Below the pieces are notes generated by a model, which did no database searches, was not told the origin of the DNA, and saw nothing but the letters and a program-made list of their open reading frames with translations. From assembly GCF_018320785.1 (NCBI RefSeq), contig NC_054879.1, positions 26,520,546 to 26,584,545 of the forward strand: DNA of 64,000 bases, read 5' to 3'. Position 1 is the first letter of the stretch, and each line of letters starts with the position of its first letter. The stretch comes from Cheilinus undulatus. Taxonomy: Eukaryota. The position numbers and the translations under genes were made by a program. Below are positions 37,616 through 50,628 of the stretch, piece by piece.

Positions 37616-38112
37616 AACTAAGAACAGGGGTGTCCATACTATGGCGCGGGGGCCAGTTGCGGCCCGCCGTTCATGTTTGATTGGCCCGCAGCAAATTCTA
37701 GAAATAAAATGAAATATGGCTCACATGAGATGATGAAGCTTGTGTTCAACTGTATTGTACTTTTTAGTTTCAGTGCTACCATGTTGATTCTTTAAAAATC
37801 ATTTTGACAAGAAGAGATACTGATTAATAATGTCTTGATATATTATTGCAGGAAAAAGCAGCACCAATAGCATTTCAGAGACAGAGCCAAACAGGGCCCT
37901 CTGAAATCTGACCGGCTCCCCCAGATCCTGAAAATGACAATCTATTTGCCTTGTTAGCCATTAACGAGCCATTTAGGTGTGTTCATTCGCCAAGCATGTA
38001 TTAACTTGCGCTGGATTCATTATACCCACAAGGCAAGGAATATGAAAGTGGCCCCACCATGCTTATATATTTCTTTTGGTGGCCCTCAGTGGAAAAAGAT
38101 TGGACACCCCTG
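37616..38112. mobile_element. hAT-like non-autonomous element (miniature transposon) with 8-bp TSD ACTAAGAA
   Basis: Terminal inverted repeats are CAGGGGTGTCCA at the left and TGGACACCCCTG at the right. Perfect 8-bp direct duplication ACTAAGAA at 37608-37615 and 38113-38120. There is no coding capacity. It lies in a PARP4 intron. Confidence 0.75.
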
Positions 38113-38518
38113 ACTAAGAACAATTATTTATCAGAAAAGTTTTGGAGTAGATCAAAAAAAAAATCACAACTTTCCTAAATACTCTCAAATCTCATGGTCT
38201 GCAGTCCTTTGCACATGAGACCTATGCTCTATGTGTATAATGTGGAAATTTTCTGCTCCTCTGAGGCCAGGCTAGTTGACCCTGATGAACCACTCCCTGA
38301 CAACATTTTCTTACTCCTCATCAGGGTATTTTAAGCCATTCCATGCTCAAATAGGAATACAAGACGATGGATGGATGTTAACTTTTAGATGAAACTGTAA
38401 CATCTTCTCACTTTATACACATCACATCTACCCTGCAGGTCCCTACAGAGGAAAACTGAATGGCATGTTAGTAATGTTGATGAAACTGTAATAACAGCAT
38501 GAGTCACTGTGTGTTTAG

Positions 38519-38599
38519 TTTCTTCACAAGCTCACAGCAAGAGCCATAATCAGGGATTTTGAGGACGGAAGCTTGGATACCAACGAAGCGGAACATGAG
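38519..38599 (+). CDS. parp4: PARP4 exon: FLHKLTARAIIRDFEDGSLDTNEAEHE
   Basis: Acceptor tgtttAG, donor gag|GTGTGT. Matches human MIHKLAARALIRDYEDGILHENETSHE. Confidence 0.87.
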
Positions 38600-39199
38600 G
38601 TGTGTGTCTGTTTTAGCATCAAAGTCATATGTAGTGGTTGGGGGCTGTAAATTAAATACTCCAACATCAGCTGGAGCTCAGTTGTCCACAACAGTGTTGT
38701 TTACCCCAGAGGTGATATCCCTCCAGATGTTTTTGATTCCCTTTGATCCCACTTATCAGGCTGACAACAATGTTGCTTCTCTGACCTGAAAGTTGACAGA
38801 AAAACATTCCTTTTTTTTGCCATTATTGTTTACCTTCATGTCACAAACTCTTGCGATCAGCTGTGATCAATCAGGTGCATCTCAAAAAAAAAAAAGATTA
38901 TCATGAAAGTATATTTTCCTGTGTTTTTTTTCTTCAAAAAATGAATTTACATATAAACTATACTTATCACACAAAACGTTTATCATGTAGAAGTCCAATT
39001 AGTCAGTTGTTTTAGTTCCAAAAAGAGCTTTAATCAGCTAATTAACTCCTATCATCTTCAAAGCTTTATTCATTCACTTTTGGTTCATTACACTGTTCAG
39101 AAGACAATCATCAACACCCTCCATTAGGAGGGTAAGCCACAGAAGGTCATTACTGTAAGGTTAGGCTTTTATCAAAGGCTGTATCAAAGCATATGAATG

Positions 39200-39990
39200 G
39201 AAAGTTCACAGGAAAGGAAGAATGTGGTAAGAAAAGGTGCCCAAGCAACAGGGATGAGTGCAGCCTTTAGAATGTTGTCACACAAAGTACATTCAAGAAC
39301 TTAGGGGAGCTTCACAATGAGTGGACTGAGGCTGGAGTCAGTGAATGAAGAGCCACCACACACAGACAGGCCCAGGAGATGGACTATAAGTGTGATCCTA
39401 GTGTGGAGCCACTCCTGAACAACAGACATAATCAGCCTCTCACCTGGGCTGAGATACAGAACGTGACTGTTGATCAGTGGTCCAAAGTTTTCAGATGAAA
39501 GTTTGCATTTTTGTTTGGCAATCAAGGTCCCAGGGTCTGGAAGAAGATCAGAGAGTCTCAGATTTCAAGATTCTTCAAGGTTCCCAAGTCATCTGCTGGT
39601 GTTGGTCCACCGTGCTCCCCATTGAGATCGAGATCTCTTTTACAAGGGCGCTTCATGCTACTATCCACTGAGAAGCTTTAAGGAAACACTGATTTCCTTT
39701 TCCAGCAGGATTTGACATCAGCCCACAGTGAAGGCAAAACTACCAGAAACTGATTTTGCTGACCATGGTATAACTGTAGTTGATTGGCCAGCCAAGTGGT
39801 ATGACCTTAACACTGTGTAGAGTCTCTGAGGTATTGGGAAGAGGAAGATGAAAGACACCAGACTCAACAATACAGATGAGCTGAAGGCTTCTATCAAAGG
39901 ATCCTGGGCTTCAGAAACACTCCAGCAGTGCCACAGACTGATTGCCTTCATGTCACATTAATGTGAAAAGGCGCTTGACCAAGTACTGAG
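39200..39990 (+). mobile_element. Tc1-like transposase remnant (DDE region, stop-ridden)
   Basis: Plus frames WSKVF..FAFLFGNQGPRVWKK, FQQDLTSAHSEGKTT, WPAKW.DLN and LKASIKGSWASETLQQCHRLIASMSH resemble the Tc1 catalytic domain with DDE spacing. Confidence 0.55.
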
Positions 39991-40598
39991 AGCATAAATG
40001 CACATAATTTTTCAGAAAGTTGACATTTATATATATTATATACATTTATATTATACATTTATAAATTTTATATTATAAATCATTTTTATTGGTAATTTGT
40101 AATATAATATTTTGAGATGTGTATTTTTGATTTTTGTTAGATGTGAGATTTAATTTTTGATATTCAAATTATTTAAGATGCACCTGTATAGGGGTCTGAT
40201 TTTTAAATGGCTTTTTTTTTTTTTTTCAGATAAATTTGTCAGCACCCGGTTGTTTAACAGCTGTATTCAGCCAGGACATAGCCAGACTTCAACAGCTAAA
40301 TCTGTACTAGTTTTTCCACCAGATTGATTAAGAGAGCCTGTATGTGCGAAAACACTACAACGTGTTTTTTTGGGCAATTTTTTGATTTTTTTTTTTTTTT
40401 TTCTTTTTTTTTTTTTGCATGGTATGCCCCTGTAAAGTTGAGGCATTTACATCTAGTACCGTCATTGTCCATACTGGCAGAAATGTTTGGGTTGATAATT
40501 AACTTGCAGCTTTTATCTACCAGTACAGATGCATATCACTTCTGTTTCGATGTCTGCTCTGTGCTTCATGAATTGAGATTCAGTGTCTGTTTTTCCAG

Positions 40599-40694
40599 GG
40601 GAAGAAAGCAGAGTTGAAGGACTTTGTCATCAAGTTGAGCAAAGAGTACTCCATCCTGTGTCAGTTCACCAGCTTTGTGGCCATCGAGGAAAGG
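40599..40694 (+). CDS. parp4: PARP4 exon: GKKAELKDFVIKLSKEYSILCQFTSFVAIEER
   Basis: Acceptor tttccAG, donor agg|GTTAGT. Matches human MKKQTLKSLIIKLSKENSLITQFTSFVAVEKR. Confidence 0.87.
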
Positions 40695-40798
40695 GTTAGT
40701 ACAATTTCCCAGCCTTTTGTCACATTTAGTCTTTGGCATATATCCATGATTTGAGAGGTCTGTGCTGTACAAGCAAAATGTATCTGCCCTTTTTTTAG

Positions 40799-40939
40799 GA
40801 CTCAGAACAAACAGAAGAGGGGTTCACGGACATCCCCAAGCTGATCGCAGAGGAAAACGTCGACATCTTGCCTTACATCGGCTGGGAAGAGCAAGCAGAG
40901 AGAAAAAATGAGGATGAATTTTCTGAGGAGTCTGACGAT
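40799..40939 (+). CDS. parp4: PARP4 exon: DSEQTEEGFTDIPKLIAEENVDILPYIGWEEQAERKNEDEFSEESDD
   Basis: Acceptor tttttAG, donor gat|GTGTGT. Matches human DENESPFPDIPKVSELIAKEDVDFLPYMSWQGEPQEA. Confidence 0.8.
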
Positions 40940-41028
40940 GTGTGTAGGCGATCCGGAAAGGAAAGAACATATTTGTTTTGTTGTTCTTACAAGCAATTCA
41001 ATGAGCTGTGGTTGTCTCTCTGTTACAG

Positions 41029-41139
41029 GATGTTGGTTTTGGCTTATTTAGCTCTGATGAAAATGATGAAGATGACATGGGAATGTTTGTAACCTGTTCT
41101 ACGAAAGTGGAGTCATACTCGCCCCAGTATGAACCCACG
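41029..41139 (+). CDS. parp4: PARP4 exon (acidic linker): DVGFGLFSSDENDEDDMGMFVTCSTKVESYSPQYEPT
   Basis: Acceptor ttacAG, donor acg|GTTAGT. Phase 0 on both sides. Sequence is lineage-specific but frame-consistent. Confidence 0.7.
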
Positions 41140-41317
41140 GTTAGTCCTTTTAAAGTATTTTATACAATGTGCTGCTGTTGTGAATGCAAATGCAATGAAA
41201 TAATTGGTGTAAAAAATCCTAATCTAGAAGAAAAAAATCTTTAGCAGTGTCAAAAATATGCAGACATTTGGTTGTAGACTAGAAACTCATTTTGTTTTAA
41301 ACCTTGGCATATGAATA

Positions 41318-42946
<1,629 letters not shown>

Positions 42947-43150
42947 TATGAAAAATACATCCTAATTTCGGTCAGCCAAATGAAAGTGTTTGCTATATAA
43001 ATAATGCCATGCATTAAAACATTTTGCAGCGTAATCATACAAGCAGGACAATGCACTTTTTTTCCTTTGGCAAATTCATGTTACTCTATCAAATTATTGA
43101 TGACTCTCTTCCTACTAAGGTTGTTCAAATGTTTGACACTTGCTTTAAAG

Positions 43151-45597
43151 CTACAACTCCACAAAAGCTTGGGCGCTTTGTAACATGTAATTAAGAACAA
43201 AATGCAATGATTTGCAAATCTCGTAAAACCTACTTTTATTCAAAATAGAACTAAAACAACATATCTGATCTTGAAACTAAGACATTATATCATTTCATGA
43301 AAAATTTAAGCTCATTTGAATTTGATGGCAGCAACACATCTCAGACTGAAAAGTATGGACAGGGCCATGTTAACCGTTGTGTAGCATCCACTCTTAACAA
43401 CTGTCTGTAAATGTCTGGGAAATGAGGAGACCTGTTTTGGGAGAGGAATGTTGTCCCATTCTTGTCTGATGTAGGATTCAAGATGCTCGACAGTTCTGGG
43501 TCTTCTTTGAATGTTTTTTATTTTTTGATCTACCAAATGTTTCTGTTGGTGAAAGGTCTGGACTACAGGAAGGCCAGTTCAGCACTCAGGCTCTTCTACT
43601 TTGAAGCCATGCTGTTGTGATGGATGTGGTATGTGGTTTGGCATTACCTTACCATTTGGCATTGCGAAAATATGCAAGGCATCCCTTAAAGAAACGTTTT
43701 CTGGATTGGGACATATATATGTTGCTCTAAAACCTCTATACTTTCCGCCATTGATAGAACCTCTCCAGATCTGTAAGGTGCCCATAGGCACTAATGCAGC
43801 CCCATACCATCAGAGATGCAGGCTTTTGAAGTGTGCGCTGGATGATCCCTCTCCTCTTTAGTCTGCACAACAGGGTTTCACAGGTTTCCAAAAAGAATTT
43901 TTAATTTGATTAATCTGACCACAGAACAGTTTTTCATTTTATCTCAGTTCATTTTAAATGAGCTTTGGCCCAGAGAAGATTGTGGATCGTGTTTACATAT
44001 GGCTTCTTCTTTGCATGATTAAATTTAACTTGTATTTGTAGATGGGACTGCAAACTGTGCTGACAGACAGAGATTTCTGGAAGTGTTCCTGAGCCCATGC
44101 ACTGATTTCCAGTACAGAATCGCGCCTGTTTTGAATTGCAGTGCTGCCTGTGGGCCCTAAGATCATGAGCATGCCAACCAAACTTCATTCTTTTCCCTTT
44201 CACACAGAGATTTCTCCAGATTCTTTGAATATTTTGATGGTATTATGGACTGTAGATACTGGGATGTTCAAAGTGTGTAATTTTATGTTAAGAAACAATT
44301 TTCTAGAGTTTTTCAACAACTTTTAGACGCAGTTGTTTTTTTGTAAATTGGTAACCCTCTGCCTATCTTTACTTCTGAGAGACTCTGCCTCTCTAAGATG
44401 CTCCTTTTTTACCCTGTCATGTTACTGACCTGTTGCCAATTGACCTTTTTAGGTGTAAAATGCTTCTCCAGCAGTTTTTATTAGTACAATGTAATTTTCA
44501 GCCTTTTGCTGTCCCTACATTTTTTTAGATGAGTTGCTGCCATCAAATTCAAAGTGAGCTAAATTTTTTCATGAAATGGTCAAATGTCACAGTTTCAATA
44601 TATTATATGTTGTTTATGATTTATTGTGAATGAAATATTAGTTTATGAAATCTGCAAATCAATGCATTTGGTTTTTATATACAGTGCTTAACAAATGTAT
44701 TAGACTACCCTAACCCTAACCATGTAAGGTTTATGCCACAGCTGCCCTAAATTAAAAGCATTGGTAATTACTAAAATCATTTTTTATTACTCTGCAATGG
44801 TTAATACACCAATATGTAGAAGCTCTTTAACCCAAATGATATTTTTAATGCTAAAATAAAATATAACTAGAATGGCCGTCTGAGGCGGCAGACCCACGCC
44901 TAAGCAGCGCCACCGAGGAACTCAGCTCCCATTGGTTACTATGATGTTCAAAATTCGAAGTGCGAGAAAAACCAAACGGATGCGCCGATCATCACCAAAA
45001 TTGAATCAGTTCTTCCCTGTCACTATCCCAATATTCCCTGAAAGTTTGGTGAAGATCTGACTTTCCATTCTCGAGTTATCTTGTACACATACAAACAAAC
45101 AAAGAAACGAACAAGCAAAGATACGGAACCCTTTACATAACCCCCTGCCGATTTCATCGGCATGGGTAATAAAATATCACCTAAAATATAATTATTATTG
45201 TTATCCGTGAATTTTCAAATTTACTGATTTACAAAAAAACTGAAAAAATAGTAAAGCACATTAATATTTCTTGATTAATATGTCAAATTATAGTTATTTA
45301 CTTGCATTCCTGAACAGAAAAATGAGTTTTAGTGGTTGAATGTTATGCTTGATTCATTTCTGACTTCTCAGAGAAGCCCAGTGAGCCGGCTCAAATTTGG
45401 GTGAATTCACTTTGAAATTCCTCATTCCTGTTCAAAATGGTAAAACGTGGAGAGCTCACTGAAAATGAAAGAGTCCGCATGAAAGCACTACATGATGCTG
45501 GATGGTCTCTGAGTCAAATATGACAGATGGTCTAATAAATTTGTTAAGCACTGTACATTTTACACAGCACCCAATCATTTTTTAAATTGGGGTTTTT
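43151..45597 (-). mobile_element. Tc1-like family A copy (minus) carrying a nested insertion
   Basis: Left terminus ctacaactccacaaaagcttgggcgctttgtaacatg. Transposase pieces on the minus strand are 43312-43536 (C-terminus ..SYIRQEWDNIP..) and 43949-44203 (N-terminus ..WAKAHLK..). The right terminal repeat resumes at 45555-45597 after an 872-bp insertion. Confidence 0.75.
44682..45553. mobile_element. Nested Tc1/mariner-type non-autonomous element inside the family A terminal repeat
   Basis: 24-bp inverted termini are CAGTGCTTAACAAATGTATTAGAC and GTCTAATAAATTTGTTAAGCACTG, flanked by TA/TA. There is no transposase ORF. It contains ccctaaccctaacc near 44708. Confidence 0.7.
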
Positions 45598-45859
45598 AAT
45601 GATACGCCATAAACTTAACTCAAAGCAGAATGGAGTTTCCACAAGCATTCAGCAGTCTGGTAGGTCTTTATCAAGTTATTGAACATGTTTAATCACCCTT
45701 TTAGATGCAGAATGAGTTGCTTAACTGCACAATTGCATTAACAATGTTAAGGTGCAAAACGCTCAGTTTACAGATGAGGACAAAATTATAAGCACCCTAT
45801 GAAAGTTTCAGTTTTTCTGAAATGTTTTTCAAGGGCTGTTAGAGCAAGGAATTTTTAAC

Positions 45860-47050
45860 AGCTTATCCAACCATCCTAGTGTTATTTTGGATGCTTACAT
45901 TATTTAACTTTGTACACAGAGACAAATTATTTCACAGAAACCAAAAACTACCAGGGTTTTGTATTATTAGCCCCCTGATGCTAATAATCAGTTGTGTTTC
46001 CTTTTTGCTGGATAACAGCCTGCAGTCGTTTGTTGGTTTTCAACAAGTCTCAGACATGTCCCATGAGGAATCCCAACCAATTCCTCTTCAGTGAATGTCT
46101 CAAGCTTGTCCAGATTTGACAATCTACTAGCATGGACCTTGGTCTTCAGTTTACACAGTTTTTCAATGAGATTCAAGTCAGGGTTTTGTGCAGGGCAGTC
46201 AATAACATTCATCTTGGCCTTCTGGAAGTAGTTCTTCACCAGGAGCTATGGATGTTTTGGGTCGTTGTTGTGTTGGAAGACAAATTGACAATCCAGTTCT
46301 AGTTTTGCTGCTGACTGCTTGAGGTTTTCCTTGAAATTCTTCTCGTATCCTTCTCTCTTCATGCTTACCTCAAATTTTATGAGATTCCCAGTTCGGGACG
46401 CACTGAAGCATCTATGCAGTAAAATACCCCCACTTCCGTGATTTACGGTGAGGTTGGTGTTCTGTGGGTTGTACACCTCTCCCTTTTTTCTGCAAATGTA
46501 GAAAAGTCTCTATCATGAAAGAGCTCTAGTTTGGTCTCATCTGACTCTGAGGACATGCTTCCAGTATGCATAATCTTTCTCCAGGTCGTCCTTAGCATAC
46601 TTCAGTCTGGTTTCAGGGTGTCTCTTTTGAGAAGTGGAGTTTTTCTTGGTCTGCAACCTTGCTTGGAGACTACAATGCCCAACTAAGCTAAATCGTCCTC
46701 TGGCATTTTGACAGTTGCTCTTGGATCTTTAGACACATCTCTAACTAGTTTTTCTCCTAGAGTCTTTGTAATCTGTCTCTTCCTACCTCTGCCAGGCTTG
46801 TTCTGAATTATGTGGCTCTCTTTGAATTTCTTAAAGATACTTCTCACTCCAGTTCTTGACACTCAAAAACACTGTGACATTATGTCATACTGTCATTTAG
46901 CAGACACTTTTGTCCAAAGCAATGTACATTTGATAACGTTGTATATCTGTCTCCTGCCTTGTGAGCATCAACAATTCCTTTTCTCAAGTCGACACTTTTG
47001 TTTTTGCCATGATGCTTTCTCCTGTGACAGTTAAACCCCTGAAGTTTTTT
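45860..47050 (-). mobile_element. Tc1-like element, family B (transposase catalytic-domain fragments)
   Basis: Minus ORFs 46246-46476 (HGSGGILLHRCFSASRTGNLIKFEVSMKREGYEKNFKENLKQSAAKLELDCQFVFQHNNDPKH) and 45988-46239 (DCPAQNPDLNLIEKLC..) are classic Tc1 DD34E-region motifs. They are distinct from families A and C. Boundaries are approximate. Confidence 0.7.
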
Positions 47051-47390
47051 CACTGTGTGTAAATTGGAAGATAACCCTTTGTTTAAACTTGATTTAACAA
47101 GCTTTGAGCATTACGAACTTAAGGCACATTATTGCAAATAATAATAATAATGGTGCATAGGCCACAACCAACTTCTTGGATGAAAAGTGGTTTGAAAAAT
47201 GCAACTGTTCTCCAGATTTTATGGTTACTTTTACCTTACTGAGTTCTTCAATTACTCTTCATTTTTGTGGGACCTCCTTGGAACCAGGTAACAACCAGGT
47301 TAACATGAATTTATAGATGGAATGATAGCATTTATTTGAAAACAGATTTAGTGTCTACAGTGAGCTTATTGTGACTTCGTTTTCTTTTTT

Positions 47391-47395
47391 GTGTG

Positions 47396-47428
<33 letters not shown>
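47391..47428. repeat. (GT)n microsatellite abutting the 3' splice site of the large PARP4 exon
   Basis: gtgtgtgtatgtgtgtgtgggtgtgtgtgtgtgtgtgt ends 12 bp before the acceptor AG at 47439-40. Confidence 0.9.
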
Positions 47429-47440
47429 CCTCTGTTGTAG

Positions 47441-48948
47441 AGTCCCATCTGCAACTCAATGAAAATGTCTAAGAAAATCATGCCTGAAGAGGAGATTGGA
47501 GAGTGTGCTGAGTACATGGCTGAGTTTTCTTCAAGTTGGTCTTCTGTAGAAGAGAGTGCTGAAATCATGGAACAGTCTGACCAGGAATTATGCTTCATCT
47601 CTCCTCAACTTGAATTTTTGACCAACCCGACTGAAGTTGAGTTGAGTGATGTATGGGCCGAAACACTTAATCCTCTTCTCGAGAGTCGTAGGCTCCAACA
47701 AGGGTATAGTTCTCCTCTTTACCCCACTGGTCCTCAGGGCATAGCATTTGGTGGTCCTCCAAGTCCTGTCCTAAGTGATCTTCGAGCCAAAGGTGACATA
47801 CCTAGGTCTTCCTCTACTTTGTTTTCAAGCAGGGCACTGGATGGTCCTCCCCCGCCACCTCCTCCTCCTTCTAAATCCACTAAATTTAAGGGCCAAGCAT
47901 TTGGCGTACATACTCCTCCTCCTCCTCCTACTGGTCCTCCAGTCAGATCAATTGATCGTTTTCCTCCACCTCCTCCTCTTTGCGGTCCGCCTCCTCCTCC
48001 TCCTACTGCCGCTGTAACGAAGGGCCCAGCATTTGGCAGACAACCTCTTCCTCCTTCTCCCCCCACTGGTCCTGCAATCAGATCATTTGCTCGTCCACCT
48101 CCTCTTCCTGGAGTTCCTCTCCCTTCCAATGCTCTGCCATTTAGAGCATTTGGCCATCTTCCACCTCCTCAGATTGGGGGTCCTCCCCCTCATTCCCCCT
48201 TCACTGGTCTGTCATTTGCTGGTACTCCTCCTCCCCATCCTCCTTTAGCATTTGGTGGTCCTCTCCCTCCTTTCCTTGATGGTTCATCTCATCCTCACCC
48301 TCTCAGTTTTAAGGCCAACTTTTTTGATAGTCATGAAAGTGCTGGACCAATTATGTTTGGTTCACCCCTCAATCTTTCATATAGATCACTTGCCGTTGAG
48401 GATCCTGAACTTTGCACTGCCAGCTCTGTTATTAAACATGACAAGTCCCCTGCTGCAGAGAAATCTCCAGAAGGTGCTGACATCTTGCTACCAGCTAGTA
48501 ATGAGATTACACCAACACAGGCTGAAAGAAGTCTAAGGAGAAAAATCTCCACTTCTTTAGTTCGTGGAGGCTTGTTCGGTGCAACAGCACCCTTTAGCTT
48601 TGAGAGCAGCAAACCAAGCTATGTAACCCAGCAGAAACAGCAGTCAGGTTTCAGTTTCAGGTGCTCCGAGGTTGAAGCAGACTTGCAGCAAGAAGAACGC
48701 TTCCAACGAGATGAACAAGAACCAAGTATGCGTAAGCTAAAGAAGAAAAGTGCAAAAATGATTGATTTGTGTGCGGAGGAACTTGTAAATGAAAATGAGC
48801 CTTCACCAGAGGAAGATTCATCTGACTCAGAAATAACATATGGATCTAGGGAAGGGTTCGGCATAAGGAGTGGCATAAGGAGTGGCGGCATACGCCGTTC
48901 AACTTTCAAGTCACAGCCACGGAAGCATCTGAGGATTGCACGCTCCGT
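47441..48948 (+). CDS. parp4: PARP4 large exon (~503 codons): acidic N-terminus, polyproline tandem repeats (FH1-like), Ser/Glu-rich C-terminal part
   Basis: Acceptor ttgtAG|AGTCCC sits directly after a (GT)n tract. There is a 1.5-kb open frame (six-frame ORF 47459-48952). Donor tccgt|GTAAGT uses the G of the frame's terminal GTG-TAA, so the stop is spliced out. Ends in phase 2, which the next exon needs. This corresponds to the large proline-rich exon of human PARP4. Confidence 0.82.
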
Positions 48949-49558
48949 GTAAGTCCACTACTTATCTAGACAGTTACTTAAAAATTTTGCAAAGCTTTGG
49001 TAGCCAGAATGACAAAAAGCTAGGTAACCTGAATGTTCATTAAGTGATGGATTCGTCTTTGTGTGTAAGTTTATCCAACAGTGCTTATTAAAGACATTTG
49101 TCAAATGTGAAGATTTTTGTCTGTATGTATTTTAGATTTAAAGGGGACATATTATGCAAAAAACACATTTTCAGGCTTTTCTAGCAAAAAATATGTGCCC
49201 CTGGCCTGTCCACAATCCCCTAAAGTCCCCTCAAGTACCTGATCCTCCTCTCAGCTGGCAGCTGAGAGGAGGATCAGGCGAGCCACAGCCATTTCCTGAG
49301 AGGGGCAGAGTCAGACAGCTCAGTAACATTTAAAGCCACAGACACAGAAACAGCTCATTCTAGGCAGGGCTGAAAAAAAGGGGGGTTTAGACAAAAAAAA
49401 ATCCTTTACTAGAGTGTCTTTTCAGCAACAGACTTCACAGCCATGTTTTTGAGACCTCTGAGACCAATATTAACTTTTCTGAAAAGGGTAAAATATGTCC
49501 CCTTTAAACACATTTTATACTTTCAGGGATATTCATGTAATGTCCTGTCATATTTCAG

Positions 49559-49625
49559 GGAAGAGTCAGCAGATTCTGAGGCACTGAAGGTTAGATGGAC
49601 CAAGATCTTCCAGCTGCAGCATTTA
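49559..49625 (+). CDS. parp4: PARP4 exon: VEESADSEALKVRWTKIFQLQHL
   Basis: Acceptor atttcAG, donor tta|GTAAGA. 1-nt entry phase completes the GT left by the large exon. Comparable to human ...HWQDAVPWTELLSLQTE. Confidence 0.68.
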
Positions 49626-49940
49626 GTAAGAAAAGATCAGATTTTATTGTCTTCATTTAAATGTTGCTAACTAAAACTCCTTCCCCTTTGAAAAGATTAT
49701 AAATTAACCTTGAAAAGTTTGGGCCTTCCCAAACACTTTCTGTGGGAGCTCTCTAGATGAATGTGAAATAAACCCATGCAGTGGATATAAAAACTAATTT
49801 GTAAATGACATACTCAGATGGAGTTTGAAAATATGAACAACAAACACACAAGATAAACTACAAAAACAAGCTTAATTAAAATAGAATACAATCAAATTTT
49901 TAAAGGAATTAAATCATAAACTTTTTTTTCTCTGTTGCAG

Positions 49941-50043
49941 GATGGCTACTGGGAGATAACCAAAGAGCTGGGTGATTTAATAAATGTGGATGTGGACCTG
50001 TTTGCCAACGTTTTCCTGAAAAACAAAGGCATCAACTCTCTTG
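49941..50043 (+). CDS. parp4: PARP4 exon (vault/MVP-interaction region): DGYWEITKELGDLINVDVDLFANVFLKNKGINSL
   Basis: Acceptor tgttgcAG, donor cttg|GTAAGA. Matches human DGFWKLTPELGLILNLNTNGLHSFLKQKGIQSL. Confidence 0.85.
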
Positions 50044-50124
50044 GTAAGAACTCTGAAATCCTTTTCAGGCCGCAGACTGGAATCTAATAATAGAACCTTA
50101 ATGTAATAAGACGTTAACCTTGCA

Positions 50125-50628
50125 AAGCAGATGGATACGCCTGTTTTGTTTTTTTCACTGGCGAATCTATCTTGCAAAGCTCCCATCTGAACCATTTGGG
50201 CTAGAGAGTGGGTTAGAAAGTACTTTCAGGCGCAGCAGAGTCGTGATGCAAACAAGCAGCAGCAAGAGCTGGTGCAATTAAAGAGGAAGAGATTAGCATG
50301 AATGCTACTAAAGCACCAGTTTTATCTGAACTTGACGAAATTTCTTCGTTAAAAGAAGAACAAAGAACAGCAGTGAGCCGTCTTCTTTTCAAAAACGACA
50401 AAAGTCAACTACTTACATGTCTATAGTCGCCATGGTTCGTGTTATTCCTCAGTAGCTGCACACGCGCAGCTCGATAGTGGCTACGTCACGTGTTTTGTTG
50501 CTCTGATTGGCTTATAGAGATGTGACAGATAGAAAGTTCACCCAGTCACAGTCACAGTTTTTTTCAAAGCCTCTGCCTTTTCTCAAACGTTCCCTATTGA
50601 AGCTTTCCCAGATGGCATGTCAGGTCAA
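50125..50628 (+). repeat. Dispersed ~0.5-kb repeat, copy 2 (PARP4 intron)
   Basis: Colinear with 36155-36703 and in the same orientation. Confidence 0.8.

Noticed and set aside
44700-44720. Telomere-like ccctaaccctaacc
   Set aside because: Only about 2.3 units. It sits inside a nested miniature transposon and is most likely a chance motif rather than an interstitial telomeric array.
47734-48129. 131-aa minus-strand ORF rich in Gly (GGGGGG runs) overlapping the big PARP4 exon
   Set aside because: It is the reverse-complement shadow of the proline-rich sense exon, since CCN codons read as GGN antisense. There are no independent splice or start signals.
47775-48536. Plus-strand alternative-frame Leu-rich ORFs (47775-48017, 48033-48248, 48252-48536) inside the big exon
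   Set aside because: These are off-frame readings of CTC/CCT-rich repeat DNA. The frame that matches PARP4 and connects the flanking exons is the 47441-48948 frame.
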